From Auanema rhodensis (Eukaryota > Animalia > Nematoda), in the NCBI GenBank assembly GCA_964057225.1, contig OZ059900.1, forward strand, positions 9,796,001 through 9,860,000: DNA of 64,000 nt, read 5' to 3'. The notes under the pieces were generated by a model. The model ran no database searches. It saw only the letters and a list, made by a program, of their open reading frames with translations, and was not told the origin of the DNA. A program made the position numbers and the translations under genes. The stretch's first letter is position 1. The number at the start of each line of letters is the position of its first letter. This document shows, piece by piece, positions 36,039-47,300 of the stretch.

Positions 36039-37699
36039 TCACCGACCAGACGTAAATTCACGTCTCTAAATGTTTTTGTTGGATTATGAATATGAAATTT
36101 GTTCTGTTCAAATAAAATTTGTTGTTGTTTATTAAAATGTTCTCTTAATTTCTAACAGAGCAAACATACTGGGAAATTGGGTTTGCATTTAATCTTCGAC
36201 AAAATAATGAACACACGTATGAGATACGATGAACTGTTTCATGGAGATAAACATTTTACTTTGACTATTAAAATCTTCATCATAAGTAGTAGTCTATCAA
36301 GACTCTCTATTTTATTTTTGGATCCTCACAAGTTAAACGGTGAGGAGAAAGTTGGTTCAGATTCTTATGATGTTTGCATGAATGTCTGTATAAATAGTTG
36401 ATCAGTGCTTGGATCATAAAATAAAACATTACAATATCTTTTCATTAAAATACTATTTCATGAAACATTTCAATACTACTCTTTTCATAGCAGTTTCTAC
36501 CTTTAATTTTCGTTTCTATGAGAATTTCAGATAGAAACAGAATTGAACTGTACTTTCAATTCCATAATATTGATTTTTGCTCTGTTATATATTGTATTTT
36601 AACATCAAATAGTATAACATCTTGGTGTAATGGTTGTATTCCAGGTTAGTTGATAAACTCTCCTTGGATCATATCCTCTCCAGGTAAGTTACAAAAATAA
36701 AAATATTCACAACTCTCTCTCTCTCTATCCCTCTCTCTCTCTAATTGACACACAATTTCAATCTTCCTCATCTATTCTCTCTGAAGGACTGAACACCTTA
36801 TATCAGCTAAACAATTCTTCGGACACTTCGTTCTGGTGTATACAACGATTTCCTCCATTTTCCGGTTACCTATCGTGTCTATCACCTGATTTATGAGAAT
36901 TAAACAATATTAGTATGAACATAGTGGTCTAGTGGTCCGAGCATTGGATTGCATTCTACACGAGCAAGTACAATCCCTTTCTGCGTTTTTTAACAAAATC
37001 GATAGCAAATCGAAAATCCAAAAAACGCTCGGATGGATTTTCAACAGGAAAAAGTGTTTATTTTGGTATTTAAAAGCTGATATCTCTGTTCAAACTCAAT
37101 ATTTTTGAATTTTGATTGAGTTCTTCTGTAGTTCTGATTCATCTCTTCTCGCTCACAGAGATTTCAAAAACTTTCTCTTTTGGTTTGAAAGTTATAGCTT
37201 CATGAATATGAGACATGAAGCCTAAAGTTAGACTTTGAACAGCTCTATCTCCTTAACCATTAAGATTTTCAACAATTTTCAATCGGATTCGGAATCTACG
37301 TAATGAGATCTATTCAATGAACTGTCTATATTGAAGTTTGGAGCACTTTGAAATTTTGAAAACTAAAGAAATTAGCCAGTTTCAGGTTTGAGAAATACAA
37401 TTTTCGAGTTTTCTAAGTTTTAACTAGCTTATACGATAGAGTTGAACGTGCTGATTTCAAATTTGAAAATCCCGATTCTCAATTTTCACTTCTGAAGGAG
37501 TTACGAGACTTTAAAGTTTTTGACGTTGAGCATTCAGAAGGATATATCTCCGTTCAGACGAATTTTCAGAAGTTCGAAATTATCAGAATGTACTTCTATG
37601 AGTTTGTTTTACCTATGCAATCAATTTCAAACCTTTTGCTTAAAAATTTTAGTTTTTGAAGAAATCATCCCATTCCATGTACTCCCCCCTTACCTACTT
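36039..37699 (+). repeat. Left arm of a 1661-bp inverted repeat
   Basis: It is the colinear reverse complement of 38070-39730 (end coordinates sum to 75769 at both ends). The same 74-aa ORF appears mirrored at 36177 (+) and 39592 (-). Confidence 0.95.
36918..36985 (+). pseudogene. Degenerate tRNA-like / SINE-head-like sequence (mirror copy ~38784-38851, -)
   Basis: It has an A-box TGGTCTAGTGG (36925-36935), then GAGCATTGGATTGCA resembling the tRNA-Cys D/anticodon arm, then a degenerate B-box AAGTACAATCCC. It does not form an intact cloverleaf. Confidence 0.35.
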
Positions 37700-38069
37700 T
37701 TAGATTGAAAACATTCGTCTTCATGGGAAGATTTTGAAAATTTCTAATTTTTTTGTTAATTATATGATATAAACTATAACGAATTAAAGTGTTAGAGATG
37801 AAACAACGTAAAGATTGCTCTTCTTATACTTGGAATCTTAGTTTTTCATTATATTCTTCTTTGTAAAACCTTTGAACATCAAAACGAGATTGACAATACA
37901 TTGGAAGATGAAACAAGGATAATCTTAGAATATATATCTGAGTTCATATCACATAGTTAACTATGACATATAAATAACGTCAAATACTACAATTATCTAA
38001 AACTCTTCTGAACCTATAAAAGTAAAAAAACTTCAGAGTAGACGGTTTATCGATCGATTTTAGGTCGAC

Positions 38070-39730
38070 AAGTAGGTAAGGGGGGAGTACATGGAATGGG
38101 ATGATTTCTTCAAAAACTAAAAAATTTAAGGAAAAGCTTTGAAATTGAGCACATAAGTAAATCGAACTCGTAGAAGTAGATTCTGATAATTGCGAGTTTC
38201 TGAAAATTCGTCTGAACGGAGATATATCCTTCTGAATACTCATTGTCAAAAACTTTAAAGGCTCGTAACTCCTTTGAAAGTGAAAATTGAGAATCGGAAT
38301 TTTAAAATTTGAAATCAGCACGTTCAACTCTATCGTATAAGCTAGTTAAAACTTAGAAAACTCGAAAATTGTATTTCTCAAACCTGAAACTGGCTAATTT
38401 CTTTAGTTTTCAAAATTTCAAAGTGCTCCAAACTTCAATATAGGCAGTTCATTGGATAGATCTCATTGCGTAGATTCTGAATCCGTTTGAAAATTTTAAT
38501 AAACATCAATGGTTAAGGAGATAGAGCTGTTCAAAGTCTAACTTTAGGATTCATGTCTCATATTCATGAAGCTATAACTTTGAAACCAAAAGAGAAAATA
38601 TTTGAAAATTCTGTGAACGAGAAGAGATGAATCAGAACTACAGAAGAACTCAATCAAAATTCAAAAATATTGAATTTGAATAGAGATATCAGCTTTTAAA
38701 TACCAAAATAAACACTTTTTCCTGTTGAAAATCCATCCGAGCGTTTTTTGGATTTTCGATTTGCTATCGATTTTGTTAAAAAACGCAGAAAGGGATTGTA
38801 CTTGCTCGTGTAGAATGCAATCCAATGCTCGGACCACTAGACCACTATGTTCATACTAATATTGTTTAATTCTCATAAATCAGGTGATAGACACGATAGG
38901 TAACCGGAAAATGGAGGAAATCGTTGTATACACCAGAACGAAGTGTCCGAAGAATTGTTTAGCTGATATAAGGTGTTCAGTCCTTCAGAGAGAATAGATG
39001 AGGAAGATTGAAATTGTGTGTCAATTAGAGAGAGAGAGGGATAGAGAGAGAGAGAGTTGTGAATATTTTTATTTTTGTAACTTACCTGGAGAGGATATGA
39101 TCCAAGGAGAGTTTATCAACTAACCTGGAATACAACCATTACACCAAGATGTTATACTATTTGATGTTAAAATACAATATATAACAGAGCAAAAATCAAT
39201 ATTATGGAATTGAAAGTACAGTTCAATTCTGTTTCTATCTGAAATTCTCATAGAAACGAAAATTAAAGGTAGAAACTGCTATGAAAAGAGTAGTATTGAA
39301 ATGTTTCATGAAATAGTATTTTAATGAAACGATATTGTAATGTTTTATTTTATGATCCAAGCACTGATCAACTATTTATACAGACATTCATGCAAACATC
39401 ATAAGAATCTGAACCAACTTTCTCCTCACCGTTTAACTTGTGAGGATCCAAAAATAAAATAGAGAGTCTTGATAGACTACTACTTATGATGAAGATTTTA
39501 ATAGTCAAAGTAAAATGTTTATCTCCATGAAACAGTTCATCGTATCTCATACGTGTGTTCATTATTTTGTCGAAGATTAAATGCAAACCCAATTTCCCAG
39601 TATGTTTGCTCTGTTAGAAATTAAGAGAACATTTTAATAAACAACAACAAATTTTATTTGAACAGAACAAATTTCATATTCATAATCCAACAAAAACATT
39701 TAGAGACGTGAATTTACGTCTAGTCGGTGA
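38070..39730 (-). repeat. Right arm of the 1661-bp inverted repeat; the inner part resembles long palindromic non-autonomous DNA elements of nematodes
   Basis: It is the reverse complement of 36039-37699, with a 370-bp unique spacer at 37700-38069. No transposase ORF or TSD is visible. Confidence 0.95.
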
Positions 39731-39731
39731 T

Positions 39732-40400
39732 CTAATCGGTTTCTGCCATGCCGAAGTGCCTACGAATTTCACCTCTGAAAACAATATTTTTTTTGAGAAA
39801 CCTAGCATGCACACCTTCTTGTAGTTAGAGCTTCTTTCATTCTCCTGAGATGGGCCCGAGTTTCATCAAATTCTTTCAAGAAACCTTCCGGAAGATGGTA
39901 AATATCATTTGGTAACTGTTCCGCCTGATTTTTTACAAAATATACGTAATCGACTATCAAGTCATGAACTTTGCGATATTCCTGGTGCATATGAAGATAA
40001 TATCTCTCCTCAGGTTCCAGCAGACACGATCTAGTTTCCAGCAGTCTTCTAATATTAGCTATAGACTTCCTCATTTCATAAACATTCTTCAACTGATCAG
40101 TATAAGCAATTGTTCTCTCAATGAGTGTAGTTTCAACATCAGTCATTTTATTGCTCAGTGCTTTCATATCGTGAGCCATCTCCGTATTTGCACGTGGAAT
40201 CATATTAATAATGTTGTCACGGTGGGATTTGTAACTCTTTATCTTCTCAAGCTCTTTGTTTTGATCTTTCAAAATCTTTCTCAAATTCACATCAAACAAT
40301 TCCCCATTTCTCACATAGAAATCAAAATCTCCAAAGAATGTAATAGGAAACTCCTGAAAATATATAAATAGGAATACAGTAATCTGGATTTCATTACCAT
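39732..40400 (-). CDS. Unknown helical/coiled-coil protein, ~195 aa (exons 40400-40398, 40353-39815, 39774-39732)
   Basis: ATG|GTAATG is followed by a 44-nt intron ending TTTTCAG, then a 539-nt open exon (EFPITFFGDFDFY…). A 40-nt intron probably leads to …GEIRRHFGMAETD*; if unspliced, the stop is at 39802. There is an upstream TTTTTCAG acceptor at ~40451. Confidence 0.7.
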
Positions 40401-41051
40401 ATTCCAAATTACTTATTAAAACAAGATTGCAGAAATTTTATGAAGAATTCCTGAAAAATGTTTAATTAAATAATAAAAAATAAAAGTAATTAATTTATTA
40501 TTAAAAGGTGAAAAAAATTCAAATTTTGAATTAAGCTAATGAGAAATTTTGGCGCCTAGCAATAGAGCACACATTCAGATAACTGGTACTAATATTAAAG
40601 TTAGTCCTATATTAGCCATAGTCCATAATTATTTATACCAGTATAACTATTTTTATTTATCGTTCACATCGTTCTTTTATTTTTATTTTCGTTTTTTATT
40701 TGTTTTGAAACCTTTTCTATTAAGTCATTTTATTCAATTGATTATAAAATTGATAATATCTGGTACTAATAAAGATATTTGTCAACAGTGATTTATTTAA
40801 ACTCAATCACATTAAAATATCTATGAAAGCAATAAAAATCGTGTATGGTTTAAAAAATATTCATTTTTAAGATGAAATACAATCTTCAAATAATAAAAAT
40901 TTCAAACAATATGAAAATAATAGGATAAAATTTAAAATGCTTTCATATTATTAAATTTGATCAAAATAATAAAAAGTCTCATAAAACTATAAAATCTGAA
41001 CAAAGACAATGATAACATCACTGTTATAATATAGAATATTCTATAATTGTT

Positions 41052-42877
41052 TTATTTTTCTTCTATTTTTCTTCTTTTTGCATTCTGATGTAAATCATCA
41101 TCGTTAGAACCATTGTCCTTGTTCTTGTCATCATCCTAAAACATTAACTAGAAAATACTAATCAGGACTTTCTCACTTACAAGTAATTGTTTTGTTTTGA
41201 GTAGTTGGTTTTGGTTCGAATTCATTTTTTCTTTACCAAGCTAAACACTAAAACCATCAAAAAAAACCAAATATTCTCGCTTACAATATCTGCTGCCGAG
41301 TGTTGTGCATTTGAATTAGATTTCACATCATTCACGCGCAAATTAAAGCCCACGAGGAATGCAGATTTTCTTTTGATCTTAAAAATAAATTATATACTCA
41401 AACGACATTATGAATTCAAGATACCACAGGTTTAGGTTGTGCAAACACATGTTTACTACCATCACTATCGGAGAGTTTTGTAGTTTGCGAATCTTTGATC
41501 TATTTTTGCCTTATTAGAAGGAAATGAAAAATGCTATACTCACAACCTGATCAAATTGGAGCTTCCTTCTAACAACACGGGGAGTAACACCTGAAGCATG
41601 CTCGTTAGAAATGAAACTAGTAGTATTATTGAGAAATTGCTGGAAAAATGAATTATTTGTTGTTTTAGATTACATCAAAGAAATGCTTACCTGCTTATTG
41701 CAATGATTAAATATATTCTCAATTTTTAAATTAGATGACAGAGTATCAGTGCTTTTCTTTTCAAATATGCTGGTCTTAACGTCGTTAGGGCACGTTTCGC
41801 GATAGCGGGTTGATAAGGATTCAAGTACAGTATCCATATTCTCCATCATTTTATTACAGAGAGAACTCATTTTATCTAGTTTATCTGCATTGCATGAACG
41901 ATCTGATGAAATTTTGATCTCAGAGAAATCACATGAAGTCAGATATTCATATTCTTTCAGATAGATCTTGAAACATTCATCATATTTTTGTTTTGTGATA
42001 TGAAGACAGTGATTAATATGAAGTAGGTGACGCATCTCATCTTTACGTCGCTCGAGTTCTTCATTCAAAGTTAAAATTTCTTTTGAAACAGATTGTTGCT
42101 GAATCAGAGCTGAATCTTTGAATTTTCCCAGATCTTAAATGAGTAGCTCATGGGGCAGTACAAACATAGATAACTTACCAGATATTTCAATAACGTTAGC
42201 ACGATTAGGTTGACTGATCTGAATACACAGAAAACATTAATATAAGATACGAAAGAACAATTAATTACCGTTTTATTGAGAGCTACTTTTGGCAAGATAT
42301 CAGCATTATTATTAGATAGTTCACGTAGACGTGAAATATTGTTATTCAGTGAACTATTTGATGTGATGGAAAAACATTTCGTTGAGCTAGAACGAGAACC
42401 GACTAACTTAACCATTCCAAGAGTCTCTTTGTTATTCGGCTCATCGTTTTCATCAAGTGTTTCAGTTTCTATCAGACTACGTAGAACAGAATCAGGAGAA
42501 CAGTTGTCAACTTTCGTATCCTTCAGCAAACGATTACTTTTTTTTCCAATCTGAGCTTCTGGTAATTTATTAGGAATAGTTTTGGATAGTTGTTGTAGAG
42601 CTGAGAAACTGTTGAACGACGACTGGTTCAATACGGTGGAAACATCTGTCATTACGTTAGAATCCGCCGCAGATGAAGCGTGCGCAATAAAAGTATCTTG
42701 GATATCAGACAGACTATCTCCGTCAAATAAATCTATTTCTGCAGGTTCGGGTATAACATTATCAGGGAAATATATACGGACGAAGTCATCAATATCAATG
42801 CAACTCATGTCTAGCCGTGAGTTTGTTGTTTCCTTTAAACAGTATTGTATATCAGAAAAATTGTAAAAACTAACCAT
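41052..42877 (-). CDS. Multi-exon gene for an unknown protein with an acidic/Ser-rich N-half and a coiled-coil segment
   Basis: ORFs 42104-42877 and 41670-42068 plus short exons are linked by short GT-AG introns. The first donor is ATG|GTTAGT and the last exon reads DDDKNKDNGSNDDLHQNAKREKIEEK*. I recognise no domain. Confidence 0.7.
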
Positions 42878-43150
42878 AATTTAGTAGAATTACTAACAAA
42901 GTAAGTGAATCAAATATGCTGTCAATTCTAAAAATATTCGAATTCTAAGAAGAAAAAATATTATATATAATAAATATATGAAGTATGTTAATATATGTTG
43001 TTCTTTGAATTTAAGTGTGATCTCGTAAGGAAATCCCATTGAATTTATACCATAATGCATTACCCACTACACATTTGCCATATCTCTTGTCAATAGATAA
43101 AACATCTGACATTAGAAATTTTAAAAATTATATAGGACTTCTTACGTTAT

Positions 43151-43438
43151 AGGTCCCGTTGCGGAGTAACCGTAATTGCACCGGTTTGTAATACAAAAAA
43201 AAATACCGCAAATAGCAATATAGCACAAAAATGGTTAAAAGGTCCCGTAACGAAGTTACTGTAATTAAACAGAACAGTAATTCAAAATAACAATTACCGC
43301 AAAAACTAATATAGTACGTATTAAGGTAAAAGGTCCCGGCGCGCAACAACCGTAATTTTGAAGTAGAATCCAGAAAAAAATTCCCGCTCAATAAGGACAT
43401 ATTAGTTCAAAGGTCCCAAGACGCAATTACCGTGTTTT
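43151..43438. repeat. Four diverged ~80-91 bp units with core AGGTCCC-N11-AC(C/T)GT(AATT)
   Basis: AGGTCCC occurs at 43151, 43240, 43331 and 43411, each followed at fixed spacing by ACCGTAATT, ACTGTAATT, ACCGTAATT or ACCGTGTTT. Confidence 0.75.
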
Positions 43439-43772
43439 TCTAGAATTTTCTAGAAAAACAAACAAAAAATGAAGTTAAAATGGTTAGAATACTAATTAGA
43501 TTAAGAAATCAGTAAGAATGATAGCTTATATGATTATACAAGATATGGATCCTACATCAATTGAGATTAAAAATAAAACAGTATAAACACAACACAAAGG
43601 GAATAAAAAAAATAATAAAAAGAGAAAATATAATTTAGGAAGACAATAACAACAGTTGTTTGAATGGGTTGTGATAAGTGATAATCCCGCGTAGTATTAG
43701 GGCAAATACGTATTTACTGATAACTGTTTATTTACCATATCTTTTTATTTCTTGGAAAGAGTTAATAAAAAA

Positions 43773-43891
43773 AGCTTACGGCACCCGGGATTCCCAAGCC
43801 GTCTCCGATCCAAGTACTAACCGGGCCCAACGTTGCTTGACTTGCCAGATCGGACGGGATGGCGTACTTTCAACGTGGTATGGTCGTAAGC
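43773..43891 (-). rRNA. 5S rRNA gene, copy 1
   Basis: 119 nt, GCTTACGACCATACCACGTTG…AGTACTTGGATCGGAGAC…GTAAGCT, closely resembling C. elegans 5S. It is followed by an oligo-T Pol III terminator. Confidence 0.97.
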
Positions 43892-43912
43892 GAAACTTTG
43901 AATCGCTTTGTC

Positions 43913-43971
43913 TGTCGCGGTTAGCGATTATTTTTTATCCTTTTTTCTATGTTTTGTTCCATTTCAGTTTT
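43913..43971 (+). repeat. Host element 5' LTR, first 59 bp (interrupted)
   Basis: Matches 61889-61947 and ends in the nested element's TSD GTTTT. Confidence 0.95.
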
Positions 43972-44273
43972 TGTCGCTTCGGCGAAGGTATTCGGTTGTC
44001 GGTATTCCGCTGAGAATTAATAGAACAGATAGTTAGTGGTAGAATGCTTTATTAAAGAGAAAGTTAACAATTCAACAAAATATAGATCGTCTATACTCCG
44101 TTGAGGTTTGGTTGAGGTATGTCTTGTATTTTCCGATCCCAAAGATGAAGATATGGGAAGGCGGGCCGAAAAGTACAATCTGAAATAGACAAAGTAAAGG
44201 AAAACGATAAAAACAAAACTGAAATGGAACAAAACATAGAAAAAAGAATAAAAAATAATCGCTAACCGCGACA
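43972..44273 (-). repeat. Nested element 3' LTR (302 bp)
   Basis: Appears identical to 52579-52880. Confidence 0.95.
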
Positions 44274-44381
44274 CTGCCGCCGCAGCTAAGCCATTGGCCT
44301 TTTGCGACGTTGTCCGTCGCATAATGACCCATGATGCTTATATAGTAAGATTTTTAAGGATAGTACGGAATTAGTTCAATG

Positions 44382-47300
44382 TTAAAATCTTCTATCAAAA
44401 CAAAGATTTCTAAGAATAAAGAAAAACTTGGTTGTTGTATCTATTATGATTTTAATAGTACGGAAAGCTGTGATCAAGAAAAAATAAATGGCTGGAGTAC
44501 AACCTAGGTATCCCAAAAAACATATGATGATCAGAAAAACAACGCAGATTGAAAACATCATCCAGTGTTCTTTAAAAAGTTTCAAAAAAGGAATTATGTC
44601 AGGTATTATAACTGAATTCTGATTTGAATGAATTTCATTTGGTTCATTAGTAGATGAATTAAAATATAATTGTCCCGTTACAATTATATCAATTTTTTCA
44701 TGATTACATTTAGTATGACAAACTTCATTTATAATTGAATTATCTCTTTTAATATTGATATTTGTAATTTCATTGAAGGGTGAACATTTAATCATGAATA
44801 CATCTTTTGAACACTCGATCGGTATCCATGTTTCTTTAGATGACATACAAGAAAACAATGCAGATGCACCCTGCCCACAGGAATAACATCCGGAGAGACT
44901 GATCAATAAGGGACGACAAGGTATATCATAGGAAAATGTATTACTGTCATATAAAAGTTCAGAATCAATTGAAACTGTAGTTTCATCATACTGAGTTCGA
45001 AAAGTTAAGGATGTATCGGGTTTATAGATTGTCTCCGTGTTTGCCATATACGGAGGTAAAATATGAGAAAAATGTGTGAAATTATGTTGTGGACATATAC
45101 AGCCAGCAACATCATTATTGATTTTGTTACAAGTACAATCGATAACCGTTGTACATCTTGAAAAATTGTCGGAAGTGTCTGCCTTCGAAATACATTGTAC
45201 CATAAATGGAAAATGTGGTTCAACAGCAAAGATTTGATTGTTTGAAGCAACAAAATAATAATTATGAAGTGGAGTAGGAGGTTTGTCTTGTGTATTGATC
45301 GTCATATTGAAAAAAGAGTAATTCATCTTCAAATATGGTGGAATTGTGATATTATAAATATTTTTATCTTTAACAATATGTGTTGTAATTTCAAAAGTTG
45401 AAGATGTTGTCCAATCTTCACATTTAAATACTTCAAATATGTCGTCCGAAGTAGGTACATGTTCTAATTTGTAGAAAAGACAAGGGTTTTCCCAAAATGT
45501 CAAACAACGCCATATATGTGCTGAGGACCGGACACATTTGGATTGTGTTGGATAATTATATGGTTCGAATTCAGAAATACGAGAGCGATGATTCATAGTT
45601 TCACAAGTTTGATCACAAGATCCCATATGAGCACATCGAAAATCAACAGTTAGTTTAGGCAAAGTAGCCTTTGTAAAAAATTTTGTGGTTTTCTTACATT
45701 CATAACTTGTATATAATTTTCGAATTTGAATATAGCCAATAGAATGATTTTTAAATTTTATATCCAGGCATAAATCTTTAACTCCAGGAGAAAAAACTAT
45801 TTGATCACTATATTGGTGATAACATTGAGTACGATTCAGACAATGTGTAGAAACCGAATGAATAACGTGATGATCGGTACAAGCAGTAGCATTATTAATC
45901 AGAAATATCGTTAGTATACTGATAATTGATAATCGAGAACCTCTTTTCCAAAATGGAGGATATAATTTAGGTTCTATATGTGGAATATTCTCAGATGAAG
46001 TTGGAGGAGGTTCAATAACTCCTAATTCAATATCATTCTGTTCCGGAGTATGAGGTCTAAGTGTGAAAAAAGAAGATATGTAACGAATAGTATTAGACCA
46101 GGAATTATATCGATATTGATGGAATCCTATGCGTATACAACAACAAAGGATGCCAAATAAACAACAAAGTGGTAAGAACAATGACCACATGGCAAGATGA
46201 GGAGCACAATGTGGGTTTCCAAGCAAATGTATGGATAAAAACTTTGCCTCATCACATACTACAGAATTTGCAGATGCTACGGGTAAAAATATCGATATTA
46301 TTGTAAAAATTAAAATTGCAGACGTCATTGCTGATTTGAAATTCTTTCGCGAAGCGTATGTGATGTGATCCCGTAAAGGTAAGGTGCGAACACGTTTTTC
46401 GTTTGTTTCAGTAGATGGTTTTACGTCGTTTTGGTCAATGGTAGGCAAAATTATGGTTTGTTTTGCTTTACTTATGTTTTTCTTTTGTAATTTTTTACGA
46501 TTATCGTCAGGCGTATGACCTGGACCCCATAATTGTAATTCAGCTTCTTCCTCAAGGATCGGATTATGTATCGAAGAAATTTTGGACGTAGGTATGTAAA
46601 TTTTTTGAGGATTATTAATATCTATTGGTTCAGGACATGTAACCACATTGTTCGTTTCATGGATTGAAGGTACAGGTGAGTTTGATCTTATAATATATTC
46701 CTGTATTGGTTGAGCATCAAGGTTCATCATATCCGAAGCAGATCCTACCTTCAAAGACAATGAAGTGTCTTCGGAAGGAGTAGATCGAGGAATTGATGTC
46801 ATATCAGGTAAAACACTTCGTAATTCAAGTGGATATAGATGATTTAAGGAACGAGATATGATGTTCCCAGCTGGAGTGAGAACTTTAGCTGTACGAATGA
46901 ATCCATCAGAACTACTTATAAGTTCTGTGATTCGACCAAGTTTCCATTGACCACGAGGTAAGTTATCGTTATGTATAACTACAATTTCACCAATATTAGG
47001 TTTATTGGCATTTGCTGAAGGTTGTTTTCGGGAATGTTTGTATATATCACGAATATATATCAAATATTCTGTTTGAAATTTATCCCAAAACATCGTAGCT
47101 GCATCAGAAGTAAGTTGTAAAGTTTTTAATGCTTGTTCAACGTTTTGTATTACAGGAATATCAATGGAATTATTATAAACTCGAGAACCACAATCATCCG
47201 GTAGGGAAAGAACAAGACCAGGCGAAATGAAATCGACAGGACGAATAGGTACGTGATTTATATTATTTGGATCTGGATGTGTTAAAGGCCTTGTGTTAAT

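Noticed and set aside
36177-38327. ORFs inside the palindrome as a transposase
   Set aside because: They are short, have no DDE or HTH motifs and are interrupted differently in the two arms. No TSD is visible at the outer arm ends.
43151-43438. CRISPR-like reading of the spaced repeats
   Set aside because: The context is eukaryotic, the repeats are degenerate, the spacers partly resemble each other and there are no cas genes.
43678-44332. ORFs overlapping the 5S gene and LTRs (also 52624-52839, 61830-62145)
   Set aside because: These are translations of rRNA and T-rich LTR sequence with low-complexity Phe/Leu composition.
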